64,000 nucleotides of DNA from Promethearchaeota archaeon (GTDB lineage: Archaea; Asgardarchaeota; Lokiarchaeia; Sigyniarchaeales; SOKP01). Location of the stretch: positions 1-64,000 of the forward strand of contig JALGVJ010000019.1 in NCBI GenBank assembly GCA_029838195.1. The letters are read 5' to 3'. How positions within the stretch are numbered: position 1 is the first letter of the stretch; the number at the start of each line of letters is the position of its first letter. The notes below the pieces were generated by a model, which was not told where the DNA came from, ran no database searches, and saw only the letters and a program-made list of their open reading frames with translations. Shown here piece after piece: positions 39,675 to 49,048 of this stretch. The position numbers and the translations under genes are program-made.

Positions 39675-40766
39675 TCAAATCCCCTCCGTATGGGTCATGA
39701 GTAGCTTTATTTCTTCATTGGTAAATCGAGAATGCTTGAAAAGGTCGTGAAATTTAAAAGTCGCTTTATTTCTAATTTTATTAAATAATTTTATATCATT
39801 TACTTGAATGTCCTCTAAATTTGTGGTGCCTAATTTAAGCCGTCCAAGGTTTTGTATATAGGGACAAGCATCAAGTTTTAAATTAATGAGTGCGCAACTT
39901 AAAGCATCTAGAGCAACAGAATCAATAGAACATAATACGAGCTTTAAATTATTAATAGAACCTCGTAATGGACCATTTCCTTCCATTGCAGGAGCTGCAT
40001 CAATGACAGAAAAAATGGGAAAAATGGTCTTAGCCATTCTATTAATGTTGATAGCGAGAGCCGTTTTTGATGTTGTTAGATTGTCCTTTCTGGAAAGCAT
40101 GCTAGGATTTTTAGGGCCAAATCCATGCATGTAGGCCTTAACAACAGCACCTTCATCAATTATCTCCCCTGTTGACTTTCTACGTGCCTTTGAAAGACAT
40201 CCCATTAAATTCTTGACTGATAACGTCAACCCTAAGACATCATGAGATTTAAATTTAGCTACAGAAATAATGGGATACATGGTAGCAGTTTTTGAAATTC
40301 CTAATTCAATATCAAATGGATTTTCCGACCCCAAGGGATCTCCTGGCGAATAAATCTCAAACCAGCTTCCAACTTCATCTTTATTAAAATCAAGAGGCGT
40401 CCAAAGTTCCTCATCTAACATGAAACCGTTATTTTTCATTGCCTTAATGGAATCAGGCTCTCCTTTCGAATTATTAGTCGACCCTTCAGCTAATATAATA
40501 TTTTGAAATCCTAATTCTTTTAAATATTTTGCTAAAATCTCACATAATAGGGGGCTAGAAACAGGTAATCCATTATTGATCCGTTCGGTTGGTAAGATAT
40601 TGGGTTTAATGATGATTGTAGAAAACTGATTTAATATATTTTTAAAAAAATTTTCAAAATGGCTGAAGATCTTTCTTATATTCTTACTATTTTTATCAAT
40701 AGATTTTTTTATTTCTATTAAGTATATTTTAGAAGGCCGATATTGAGCAGCATTTTTCTCCATCAC
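39675..40766 (-). CDS. DUF362 domain protein
   Basis: IIKPN, AEGS, KFKSH...TLSVKNLMG, MEGNGP..G, DSVALD. Confidence 0.88.
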   Translation of the reverse strand: MMEKNAAQYRPSKIYLIEIKKSIDKNSKNIRKIFSHFENFFKNILNQFSTIIIKPNILPTERINNGLPVSSPLLCEILAKYLKELGFQNIILAEGSTNNSKGEPDSIKAMKNNGFMLDEELWTPLDFNKDEVGSWFEIYSPGDPLGSENPFDIELGISKTATMYPIISVAKFKSHDVLGLTLSVKNLMGCLSKARRKSTGEIIDEGAVVKAYMHGFGPKNPSMLSRKDNLTTSKTALAININRMAKTIFPIFSVIDAAPAMEGNGPLRGSINNLKLVLCSIDSVALDALSCALINLKLDACPYIQNLGRLKLGTTNLEDIQVNDIKLFNKIRNKATFKFHDLFKHSRFTNEEIKLLMTHTEGI

Positions 40767-40925
40767 GTTGGATCATAAATTAATTGATATTTTATATCTT
40801 TTATCCCCTTAAAGATATTTGTTAGAATATTTTAAACCATGAAAAGAAGTATTTTGATAGCTCTACTTTTATTAGTAGATCGGACCTCTTGCCATTGCCC
40901 AGTTCCCAAATATAGATCTAGTTAA

Positions 40926-40951
40926 ATAGATGAAAATGTGCGTTCATCTAT
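40926..40951. promoter_or_regulatory. Perfect 9-bp inverted repeat between divergent genes (possible operator)
   Basis: ATAGATGAA-N8-TTCATCTAT. Confidence 0.4.
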
Positions 40952-40999
40952 AAAATATCAGTTAAAAGTTTAAAAGGCATAATTTCTCTTTTTTTTATC

Positions 41000-42523
41000 A
41001 TGGAAATATATGACTTAGTTGTAATAGGGTCTGGTGTAGGGTTAACCGTTCTTAATTATGGGATACGATTTGGATGGAAGTGTTGTTTAGTAGAAAATAG
41101 CAAGGTTGGAGGGACGTGTCTCACGCGAGGATGCATTCCTTCAAAAATTTTAGTATATCCTGCAGATATCATAAGAGAAGCACAACACGCAAGAAAAGTG
41201 GGCGTTTCTTTTAAAATTGAAAACATAGATTGGAACTTAATTGCGAAAAGAATGTGGTCTCAAATTGATGAGAGTAAATCCATGGAAGAAGGATTGAAAA
41301 GCGTGCCAAATTTAGATTTTTTTAAAGGAAATGGGGAATTCGTGGGAGAATATGAAATGGTGGTAAGATCTGTGAAAGATCAATCCATAATTGCATCATT
41401 TATAGGAAAAAAATTCGTAATTGCATCAGGAGCTCGTTCTTTCATTCCGCTTATTAAAAATATTGAAGAAGTTGGATATGTCACGAATGAGAGTTTTTTT
41501 GGAGAGAAATTTCCAAAAAAGCCATGGAATAGTTTAATAATTATTGGAGGGGGGGTTATTGCTGCGGAATTTGCTCATGTATTTTCAGCAATGAATACAA
41601 AAGTATCAATAATTGAAATGCTACCTCGCCTGGTAGCAACGGAAGAGCCGGAAATAAGTGAAATTTTAGAAAATTATTTCAGAAAACACATGAACGTGTT
41701 GGTAAATCATAAAGCAATAGAAGTGGGAAAAAAAGGGAATAAAAAAATTGTCATCGTGGAAGATGTAAATACGGGAGAGAGGAAAGAAATCGAAGGAGAA
41801 GAAATCTTGGTCGCAACTGGCCGTAAATCCAATACCGATATTTTAAAAGTTGAAAAAACGGGGGTTGAAACTGATAAAAGAGGGTGGATTAAGACTGATG
41901 AATATCTTCAAACGACCAAGGAAAATATTTGGTGTATTGGAGATGCTAATGGTTTATATCAATTTCGGCATAAAGCAAATTATGAAGCGGAAATATGCAT
42001 TCGAAATATTTTTGGGAGTGAAGAAGATAAATCTACCGTAGATTATTCCTCTGTTCCTTGGGCAATTTTCAGTTATCCGCAAATTGGCCACGTGGGGATG
42101 ACAGAACAAGAAGCTTTGGAGAAAGGGCATGAAATTTATGTTGCTAAAAATAGATATTCTTCGGTGGCAAAAGGGTTTGCGATGGGATTTGAAGAGGGGA
42201 GTGAAGACGATGGATTAGTGAAATTAATTATTGATAAATCGTATAAAATTTTAGGGACTCACGTGGTTGGACCTCACGCAGCTATTCTTGTTCAGCCTTT
42301 TGCTTATTTAATGAATGCCGGATATACATGTAACATTCCGGAGAGAGAAGGTGAAGGAGAAGTTCCTAATATTAAAAGAGCATGTCCCGAAAGTGGTTCT
42401 TTCATGCCAATTTATCATTCTATGGTGATTCATCCTTCATTAAACGAGCTGACCGCTTGGGCAATTGGAAGCCTTCAACCCGTAAATATTAACCACGACC
42501 ATGCCCATGAACATCATCATTGA
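41000..42523 (+). CDS. Class I pyridine nucleotide-disulfide oxidoreductase (dihydrolipoamide dehydrogenase/mycothione reductase-like)
   Basis: VIGSG, GGTCLTRGCIPSK, GGGVIAAE, ATGR..N, IGD, HPSLNE; His-rich tail. Confidence 0.9.
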   Translation: MEIYDLVVIGSGVGLTVLNYGIRFGWKCCLVENSKVGGTCLTRGCIPSKILVYPADIIREAQHARKVGVSFKIENIDWNLIAKRMWSQIDESKSMEEGLKSVPNLDFFKGNGEFVGEYEMVVRSVKDQSIIASFIGKKFVIASGARSFIPLIKNIEEVGYVTNESFFGEKFPKKPWNSLIIIGGGVIAAEFAHVFSAMNTKVSIIEMLPRLVATEEPEISEILENYFRKHMNVLVNHKAIEVGKKGNKKIVIVEDVNTGERKEIEGEEILVATGRKSNTDILKVEKTGVETDKRGWIKTDEYLQTTKENIWCIGDANGLYQFRHKANYEAEICIRNIFGSEEDKSTVDYSSVPWAIFSYPQIGHVGMTEQEALEKGHEIYVAKNRYSSVAKGFAMGFEEGSEDDGLVKLIIDKSYKILGTHVVGPHAAILVQPFAYLMNAGYTCNIPEREGEGEVPNIKRACPESGSFMPIYHSMVIHPSLNELTAWAIGSLQPVNINHDHAHEHHH

Positions 42524-42896
42524 GTTGCGCATCGAATTTCTTGTATATTTTTTTATGCTTAATCCCTTTTTAAAATATGATTTTAGTTTTTTTATCTTAT
42601 TGAAATACTAAAGGAGGCTTTTAGGATTTTTTTATTTATCCGTGAACCCATTGACCAAAGTAGCGAGGGTTTAAGATTTAATAACAAATTTTTTAATTTG
42701 CACCAATTAGCGAAGATGTCTTATAAAGATTTAAAAATCTATCAATCTCTCATGTTTTAAATAAAATTGAACCTATTTTTAATCCTAAATTTTATTAATG
42801 GAAAGATATGATTTTTCTTCAATTTTTTTTTAAAATACTTCTTCATACTTAATATGGAATAAAAAAGATTAGCACTCATTATAAATTAAAAACCTC

Positions 42897-45800
42897 ATGA
42901 CCCTTACCAAAATGAAAAAAAATTTACGAAAATTTGATAAACAAGTATTAGCTCGTTACATGGAATCGGAATGTACGAGACAATTGTTTTTAGATCTCGG
43001 GCAAACCAATCCTCAAGCATGGTTTAAACCCGTAAGACCCCTAAAAAAGCCGAAAAGATTTTATAAGATGACAAATAATCTTGAAGAATTAGGCCATAGA
43101 TATGAACAAAAAGTTTATTTTTTAATAAAACATCTCTTCAAGAACGTGCGGTGTTCGATAAGTAAAGGAGGAAAAGTGTCTAATATTATTTTAGATTCTA
43201 ACTATTTAACAAATCTACACGATCAGCTCTTAAGGAATAAACGCGATATTTGGCTTTTAGAACACGAATATGAAAATCCTCCCGAATTTTTCCGTGAACT
43301 TTTTTCAATTACTAATCCTCATGATCCGATTCCGCTTGATTTTTCTGATCAACGGCCTGATATCATGATTATCGGTAATGGGATAAATGTTTTTTTGAAC
43401 GAAATTAGAGAACTTCTACCGGATGGGACAATACGCACCCTTCCGCAAGGGCAAATAGGAGAGCGCCAAGGAATTTCGGTTTTTGATATTAAAAATATAA
43501 GAGAAATAAAAATAGGAAAGAAACAATTTATTGAAGTCTTGTATTACATGCGAACCTTGGCGTATTTTATTTATAAATATAAATTAGAAGATAAATTTTA
43601 TGTTAGAGTAGATGGCAATGGGATCTTTCCTCACTTAAAAGATAAAGATTTATTTAGCATTAAAACTACAGCAGATTTTCTTGATCAAATAATCAAAATT
43701 CCTTGGGAGGAGTCAAATCGAATTTTTCATGATATCATGGAAGAAATCAGGGAATTATGGAATGATTGCCCCCAAGCCATTGAAGATGTACCGGTGAACG
43801 TCCAACTTAGTTGTGGATATTGTTATTTTTTAGAAGATTGTAAGGCAACTTTAGGAATGGATGGAGATACACCTCCTGAAAAATGGTCTTTAAAATTACT
43901 TCCCTATAATTCCATTTCCATCTCCGAACAACTCATGGAACGGGGTTTTAAAACAATCGGAGATATCGCAAAAAAAATATCGACTATTAGGATTGGAGAT
44001 ACTCCCGAGCCCATATATTCTGAATTGCCCCTTTTAGAACTTAAAGCAAATGCCCTTATTGAAAACACCTCAATTAAACCTAAATTGGGACAAATTCATT
44101 CTTATTCCATTCCAAAATATACGGATATCGCTTTAACCTTTGCTGTAGAAACAGATCCGGCAAACCAGCGCGTGTATGGTGCCTCTCTTTATTTATACAT
44201 GTCTGTTCCCCCTAATGCGCCATATAGTGCAATCTTTGACAATTGGTGGAGAATTTGGAAAGAGGGTTTAGAAAACTCAAAAAATGCATCGCAGATTCAT
44301 GCAGAACTTCAACCATATCTTTTTAATAAAATTTCCCTTAGATACGTGGAACTTTTCTATGATCATTTATTGAATTTGAAAAATATTTTGATATTTCCAA
44401 AAGGAATGTTGAAAAAGAATGGAACTCCACGCAAGCAAACGATAATTATTTATCAATATGCTATCGTTAATAAAAAAGAATCAGATAAAGAAGAGGTTGA
44501 ATTAGCAAGAAATCTCATCTATAAGATCAATACTATTTTGAGTTTTTGCAATATTATTGAAAATCATATTGTTGTGGAGGGCCAAAATCAAGGGGAATAT
44601 TTTGGACCAAGAACGAGTATTTTCTATTGGTCTGCCCGTCAACTCAATAATTTCCAAGACATGCTAGAAAGATCCTTAGAAAATCTCGTCAATCATCCTC
44701 GAGATGCAGCGATGTTCGAATCTATTTTATCCTTATTTACTCCTTCTGATTCGGAGGTAAAGCATCCCTACCAACACAAGAAGTTATTCAATGTACGTAC
44801 TTTTGCTGAAACGATATTTGGTTTTCCCTCTATTATTTCTTATACGTGGCACGAGATTGCAAAAAAAGAATTGAATCGACCATCTCATCCAAAATTTTGG
44901 ATTCCACATTTTAATTACATGGACTTCAATTCATGGCATGAATACCTTTTAGAGAACAGAAGGAAAGTCAAGAGAGAATTAGAACGAGAAATCAAGCTGC
45001 AATTAATCCATAAAGTTCGAACGATAAATGATTTACGAATATATCTCCAGAGAAGAGGAGGAGAGATGATTTCAAAACATTCTCGAACAATTAGCGATTC
45101 AAAAATTCAAGAAGTATTATTGCCGAATAGCTTCCATCCCATCGCTTTTGTTTGGTATTTATTTTCTAAATATACTGGAACCATGGATGAGTTAGAAGCA
45201 GACATTTATCGAACTATTTATCCGGAGTATAGCATAGGAAAATTAGTTGCCGCAAGGGTTAAACACCTAAAATTTAATTGGGATCTTGAAGGCAAACTTT
45301 TTTGTACATTTGCAATAATAGGCTTGTCCAGTAATATGAAAATTAACGAAGGGGATCGCGTGTATCTTCTTCCAGGTGAAGAACGCGGGAGAAAATCCGG
45401 ACTCTCCATGAGAAACTGCGAGATCACAATTGAAAAAATGGAGTGGACACCTAAATTAAATGGATATCAAATTTATTCAAAAAACCTAAACACCAAGTTT
45501 TATGAAAGATACATTGGTAATGAAACTAATCATGAATGGTTTTTATATCCAAGATCAATGGATAGCTGGTCTAAAAAATTATATGGCACCAATGGATTGT
45601 TATTAAGAGACAACATGGGACGATCTTGGTTGGGTGCCCGCTTATCTTACCTGTGGAACATTAGATCAAAACCCGTACTCTATTGGCCAAAAAAATGGAC
45701 TTTTACTGCTCCTTCAGTATATCTATTTGCCCCTGAACTATTGTTTCAATTAATTAGCAAGAAACATTTGAATATTAACCAAAATTTAATAACCAAAATA

Positions 45801-47393
45801 TCACCAACCCCAGATATTTCACAAAAAAAAGCAATTAATCACTCTTTGTTTTACCATATCTCGGGAATTCAAGGTCCTCCCGGAACGGGTAAATCGCAGA
45901 CAATCGCAGCATTGATTGATGAATATTACATGCGATGTAAGCAAAAAGGTCAAAAGTCAGTGAAAATATTAGTGACCGCCTTTTCTTATTCAGCATTGCG
46001 AGTAGTGATTGATAAAATTAGGACGAGTAAGAATCAAGATGAGATTCCAACTCCTTCCTCAAAAATGCAAATGATTTTTTTAAGGTCTAATTATCAAAAG
46101 CCGGTAGAGCCTATAAGTGGAACTCGTCATGTTGATGATTTACAACGTAAATATAAGACTTGGAAATGGAATGGAAAATCAAACACCGTTACTCCAAATA
46201 AACCTTTAGAAAATTTATTAGAGGACGATTTTATTTTATTCGCTAATGCCCATCAATTACACTATTTACGTGAACGTGTTTCAGATACTTTTGCTTTCGA
46301 TTTAATTATTGTAGATGAAGCAAGTCAAGTTCCGGTAGATCATTTCATGGCTAGTTTACATTACATTCACAAGCATGCTTTCCACGTGATTAAACCCCTA
46401 ACAGCTCGGAATCCCAATCAGCGGGTTAAATCACCAGAAAACGTGGAGAAGCTTGAATTAGATCCAACTAAATCATATTATCCTTTAACTAAAATAGTAA
46501 TTGTGGGAGATTATAATCAATTACCTCCCGTACAACCCGTACAACCTCCAAAAAATCTAAAGAAAGTATTAGATAGCTTATTTGGATATTATGTCAAATC
46601 TCACGGAATACCTAATCGACAGCTCAAGGTAAATTATCGTTCAAACAAGGATATTGTAAATTACACGAGAATGTTGGGGATATATAGGAATTTAAAACCT
46701 CATCCGAAGAATGCATTAAGAACATTAGATGGAACCGTTTCTAATTTAAAGAAACCATGGTTAAGACAAGTACTAGATCCTAAAAAATCCATAGTTTCAC
46801 TAATTCATGATAAAAAATATGAGATTGGAGTGAGCGCTTTAGAGGCAAAATTAGTTGCTCAAATCACTATTGGATATTTTGATATGATTTCTCTGAAAAA
46901 CGAGGAAGAGGAGCAAATTTTTTGGAGTGAAAAGTTAGGTGTAGTGGCTCCGCATAACGCTCAAGGACGATTAATCATTCGAAATATTTATGAATGCATG
47001 ACAAATACAACTAATCCAAAAACGCATTTAGATCATTCAGAATTAATGCGTTATTTAAAAAACTCCATCTACTCCGTTGAAAAATTTCAAGGTTCTGATA
47101 GGGAACTAATCATCTCTTCTATTGGCATTTCAGACAGGGATCAACTAAACGCAGAAAGTGAATTCATCTATAATTTAAATAGATTTAACGTCCTCACATC
47201 CAGGGCAAAAGCTAAAATTATATTAATTTGCAGTAAGAAATTCTTAGATTTTATTCCTAATGAAAGGGAAGTTATGATTGAATCTGCAAAAATTAGAAAT
47301 TTTGCGTGCAATTTTTGTAATGTTAAGGATGTATTACATGTATTAGATGAAAAGAATCAGCCAATTGAAATTGAATTTAGATATAAAAAATAA
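42897..47393 (+). CDS. Dna2-like nuclease-helicase (Fe-S PD-(D/E)XK nuclease + HhH-like + inactive RNase H-like + SF1B helicase)
   Basis: C26...C306xxC309x5C315, RPD...DIK; GPPGTGKS, DEASQ, GDYNQLPP, NYRS, APHNAQ, VEKFQGSD, RFNVLTSRAK. Confidence 0.85.
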   Translation: MTLTKMKKNLRKFDKQVLARYMESECTRQLFLDLGQTNPQAWFKPVRPLKKPKRFYKMTNNLEELGHRYEQKVYFLIKHLFKNVRCSISKGGKVSNIILDSNYLTNLHDQLLRNKRDIWLLEHEYENPPEFFRELFSITNPHDPIPLDFSDQRPDIMIIGNGINVFLNEIRELLPDGTIRTLPQGQIGERQGISVFDIKNIREIKIGKKQFIEVLYYMRTLAYFIYKYKLEDKFYVRVDGNGIFPHLKDKDLFSIKTTADFLDQIIKIPWEESNRIFHDIMEEIRELWNDCPQAIEDVPVNVQLSCGYCYFLEDCKATLGMDGDTPPEKWSLKLLPYNSISISEQLMERGFKTIGDIAKKISTIRIGDTPEPIYSELPLLELKANALIENTSIKPKLGQIHSYSIPKYTDIALTFAVETDPANQRVYGASLYLYMSVPPNAPYSAIFDNWWRIWKEGLENSKNASQIHAELQPYLFNKISLRYVELFYDHLLNLKNILIFPKGMLKKNGTPRKQTIIIYQYAIVNKKESDKEEVELARNLIYKINTILSFCNIIENHIVVEGQNQGEYFGPRTSIFYWSARQLNNFQDMLERSLENLVNHPRDAAMFESILSLFTPSDSEVKHPYQHKKLFNVRTFAETIFGFPSIISYTWHEIAKKELNRPSHPKFWIPHFNYMDFNSWHEYLLENRRKVKRELEREIKLQLIHKVRTINDLRIYLQRRGGEMISKHSRTISDSKIQEVLLPNSFHPIAFVWYLFSKYTGTMDELEADIYRTIYPEYSIGKLVAARVKHLKFNWDLEGKLFCTFAIIGLSSNMKINEGDRVYLLPGEERGRKSGLSMRNCEITIEKMEWTPKLNGYQIYSKNLNTKFYERYIGNETNHEWFLYPRSMDSWSKKLYGTNGLLLRDNMGRSWLGARLSYLWNIRSKPVLYWPKKWTFTAPSVYLFAPELLFQLISKKHLNINQNLITKISPTPDISQKKAINHSLFYHISGIQGPPGTGKSQTIAALIDEYYMRCKQKGQKSVKILVTAFSYSALRVVIDKIRTSKNQDEIPTPSSKMQMIFLRSNYQKPVEPISGTRHVDDLQRKYKTWKWNGKSNTVTPNKPLENLLEDDFILFANAHQLHYLRERVSDTFAFDLIIVDEASQVPVDHFMASLHYIHKHAFHVIKPLTARNPNQRVKSPENVEKLELDPTKSYYPLTKIVIVGDYNQLPPVQPVQPPKNLKKVLDSLFGYYVKSHGIPNRQLKVNYRSNKDIVNYTRMLGIYRNLKPHPKNALRTLDGTVSNLKKPWLRQVLDPKKSIVSLIHDKKYEIGVSALEAKLVAQITIGYFDMISLKNEEEEQIFWSEKLGVVAPHNAQGRLIIRNIYECMTNTTNPKTHLDHSELMRYLKNSIYSVEKFQGSDRELIISSIGISDRDQLNAESEFIYNLNRFNVLTSRAKAKIILICSKKFLDFIPNEREVMIESAKIRNFACNFCNVKDVLHVLDEKNQPIEIEFRYKK

Positions 47394-47416
47394 GAGGTAA
47401 TGGAAGGCGAAAAAAC

Positions 47417-49048
47417 ATAGAACCTTTTAGCTTTATTCATGTTGCAGATTTGCATTTAGGTAAAAAACAATATAACTTAGAGATAAGATATAAAGATTAT
47501 TTTAACACGTTTCAACGCATATTATCAATAGCAGTTAAAAAAAACGTGGATTTCCTGTTAATTGCTGGTGATATATTTGATAACAGGAAAATAGATCCTT
47601 CAGTTTTGAGTGAAGTTTTTAATATCATTCAAAATTTTAAAAAAGAATGTTTAAAAAAATTAGATAGGGAAATTCCATTAATTTGTATCGAAGGAAACCA
47701 TGATAATCCTTTATCTTCTTCAAAATCATGGATGAGCTTCTTGGCCGATTTGAATCTAATAATTTTACTAGAAGGATATTATGATATATCCTCTCAGTCC
47801 ATCATCTTTCCTCCCTATTCTGAAAAGACTCGCAAGGGAGGATTCATTAAAATAAAAGATTGTTGCATTTATGGATTACCATTTTATGGGAGTTTCACTT
47901 ATAAACTTTTTCCTTCTATTCGTGCTGCCATCAAAGACTCGAAAGAATGCTTTAATATATTAATGATGCATTTCGGCATTAAGGGATATGATGAAATGAA
48001 ACCCGGGATTCCTTATGAAAAAGAATTGGAACTGTTAAGGGAGAAAGTTGATTATTTAGCGTTAGGTCATTATCACCGACATTATTCTCATCCTCCAAAA
48101 GAGCCTTGGATTTACAATCCCGGCAGTATTGAAATCAATACCACACGAGAATTATACGCATTTAGAAATAACAAATATGATGATAAAGCATGGAGAAGTG
48201 AAAGAGGAATTATCTTAGGAAAAATAATGGGAAAAGAACCTTATCAACAAGACTTTGATCTTATTGAATTTGATAATGGAGCCTTGAATGTAGATATGAT
48301 ACCTAATAGAAAATTTTTAACATTAGAACCTATCGACATCAGTCAATCGAATTCTTTTAAAGATGCAATCATTCTCATTAAAGAAAAATTAAAAAAATTA
48401 GTTCCTTTGAAAGAAAAAGGGAAAGAATTGCCAGATGAGGATTTAAATAAAATGATCATAGTTTTTTCCCTAAAAGGAGAAATCCCTTATTCTAGGATAG
48501 AAATTAATATGGGTGAATTAAGAAGAGAACTCTTAGAAACTTTTGATATTTTAGATGTAAGAATTTCAACAAAACGTTTGATATCTACCTTAGATTCGAT
48601 TGAATTATTTGATGAAGGGAAAACCATCAATGAATTAGAAAAAGAAATATTTCTTTCCATCATCGAGCAAAACCCAGATCATGCTCCAAAAAAGGAACAA
48701 ATTATGAATTTAATTGAGGATTTGAAGACAGAATTACTCCTTAAAAAACCGAATATAAAATATTTAAAACAGAAAGTAGAAGAATGGTCCAAATTAACAT
48801 ATAAACAATTTCATGAAATTAAATCTCCAAGGGATAAGTTAGGAGCGGAAAAGAAAGAAATAGATAATTCAGATATCGATCTCGGAGAAATAGCCATGGA
48901 TTTTCCGGAAAGTGAAACAGAAATGAAAGAAGGGGAAGATTTAGAAAAAATTGAAGAGGAGGATTTCGAATTATATGAAGAGTTAGAAATTGATTTAGAT
49001 GATTTTATAGATGATGAGAGACGCAAAAATAAAGAAAAGGAGAAGTGA
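47417..49048 (+). CDS. mre11: Mre11/SbcD nuclease
   Basis: HVADLHLG, AGDIFD, EGNHD, MHFG, LGHYH, NPGS; acidic tail. Start lies upstream of the ORF-track TTG (see findings). Confidence 0.92.
   Translation: MEPFSFIHVADLHLGKKQYNLEIRYKDYFNTFQRILSIAVKKNVDFLLIAGDIFDNRKIDPSVLSEVFNIIQNFKKECLKKLDREIPLICIEGNHDNPLSSSKSWMSFLADLNLIILLEGYYDISSQSIIFPPYSEKTRKGGFIKIKDCCIYGLPFYGSFTYKLFPSIRAAIKDSKECFNILMMHFGIKGYDEMKPGIPYEKELELLREKVDYLALGHYHRHYSHPPKEPWIYNPGSIEINTTRELYAFRNNKYDDKAWRSERGIILGKIMGKEPYQQDFDLIEFDNGALNVDMIPNRKFLTLEPIDISQSNSFKDAIILIKEKLKKLVPLKEKGKELPDEDLNKMIIVFSLKGEIPYSRIEINMGELRRELLETFDILDVRISTKRLISTLDSIELFDEGKTINELEKEIFLSIIEQNPDHAPKKEQIMNLIEDLKTELLLKKPNIKYLKQKVEEWSKLTYKQFHEIKSPRDKLGAEKKEIDNSDIDLGEIAMDFPESETEMKEGEDLEKIEEEDFELYEELEIDLDDFIDDERRKNKEKEK

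Noticed and set aside
46528-46546. 9-bp tandem duplication in the helicase (PVQPVQP)
   Set aside because: In-frame and just after motif III; no sign of functional significance.
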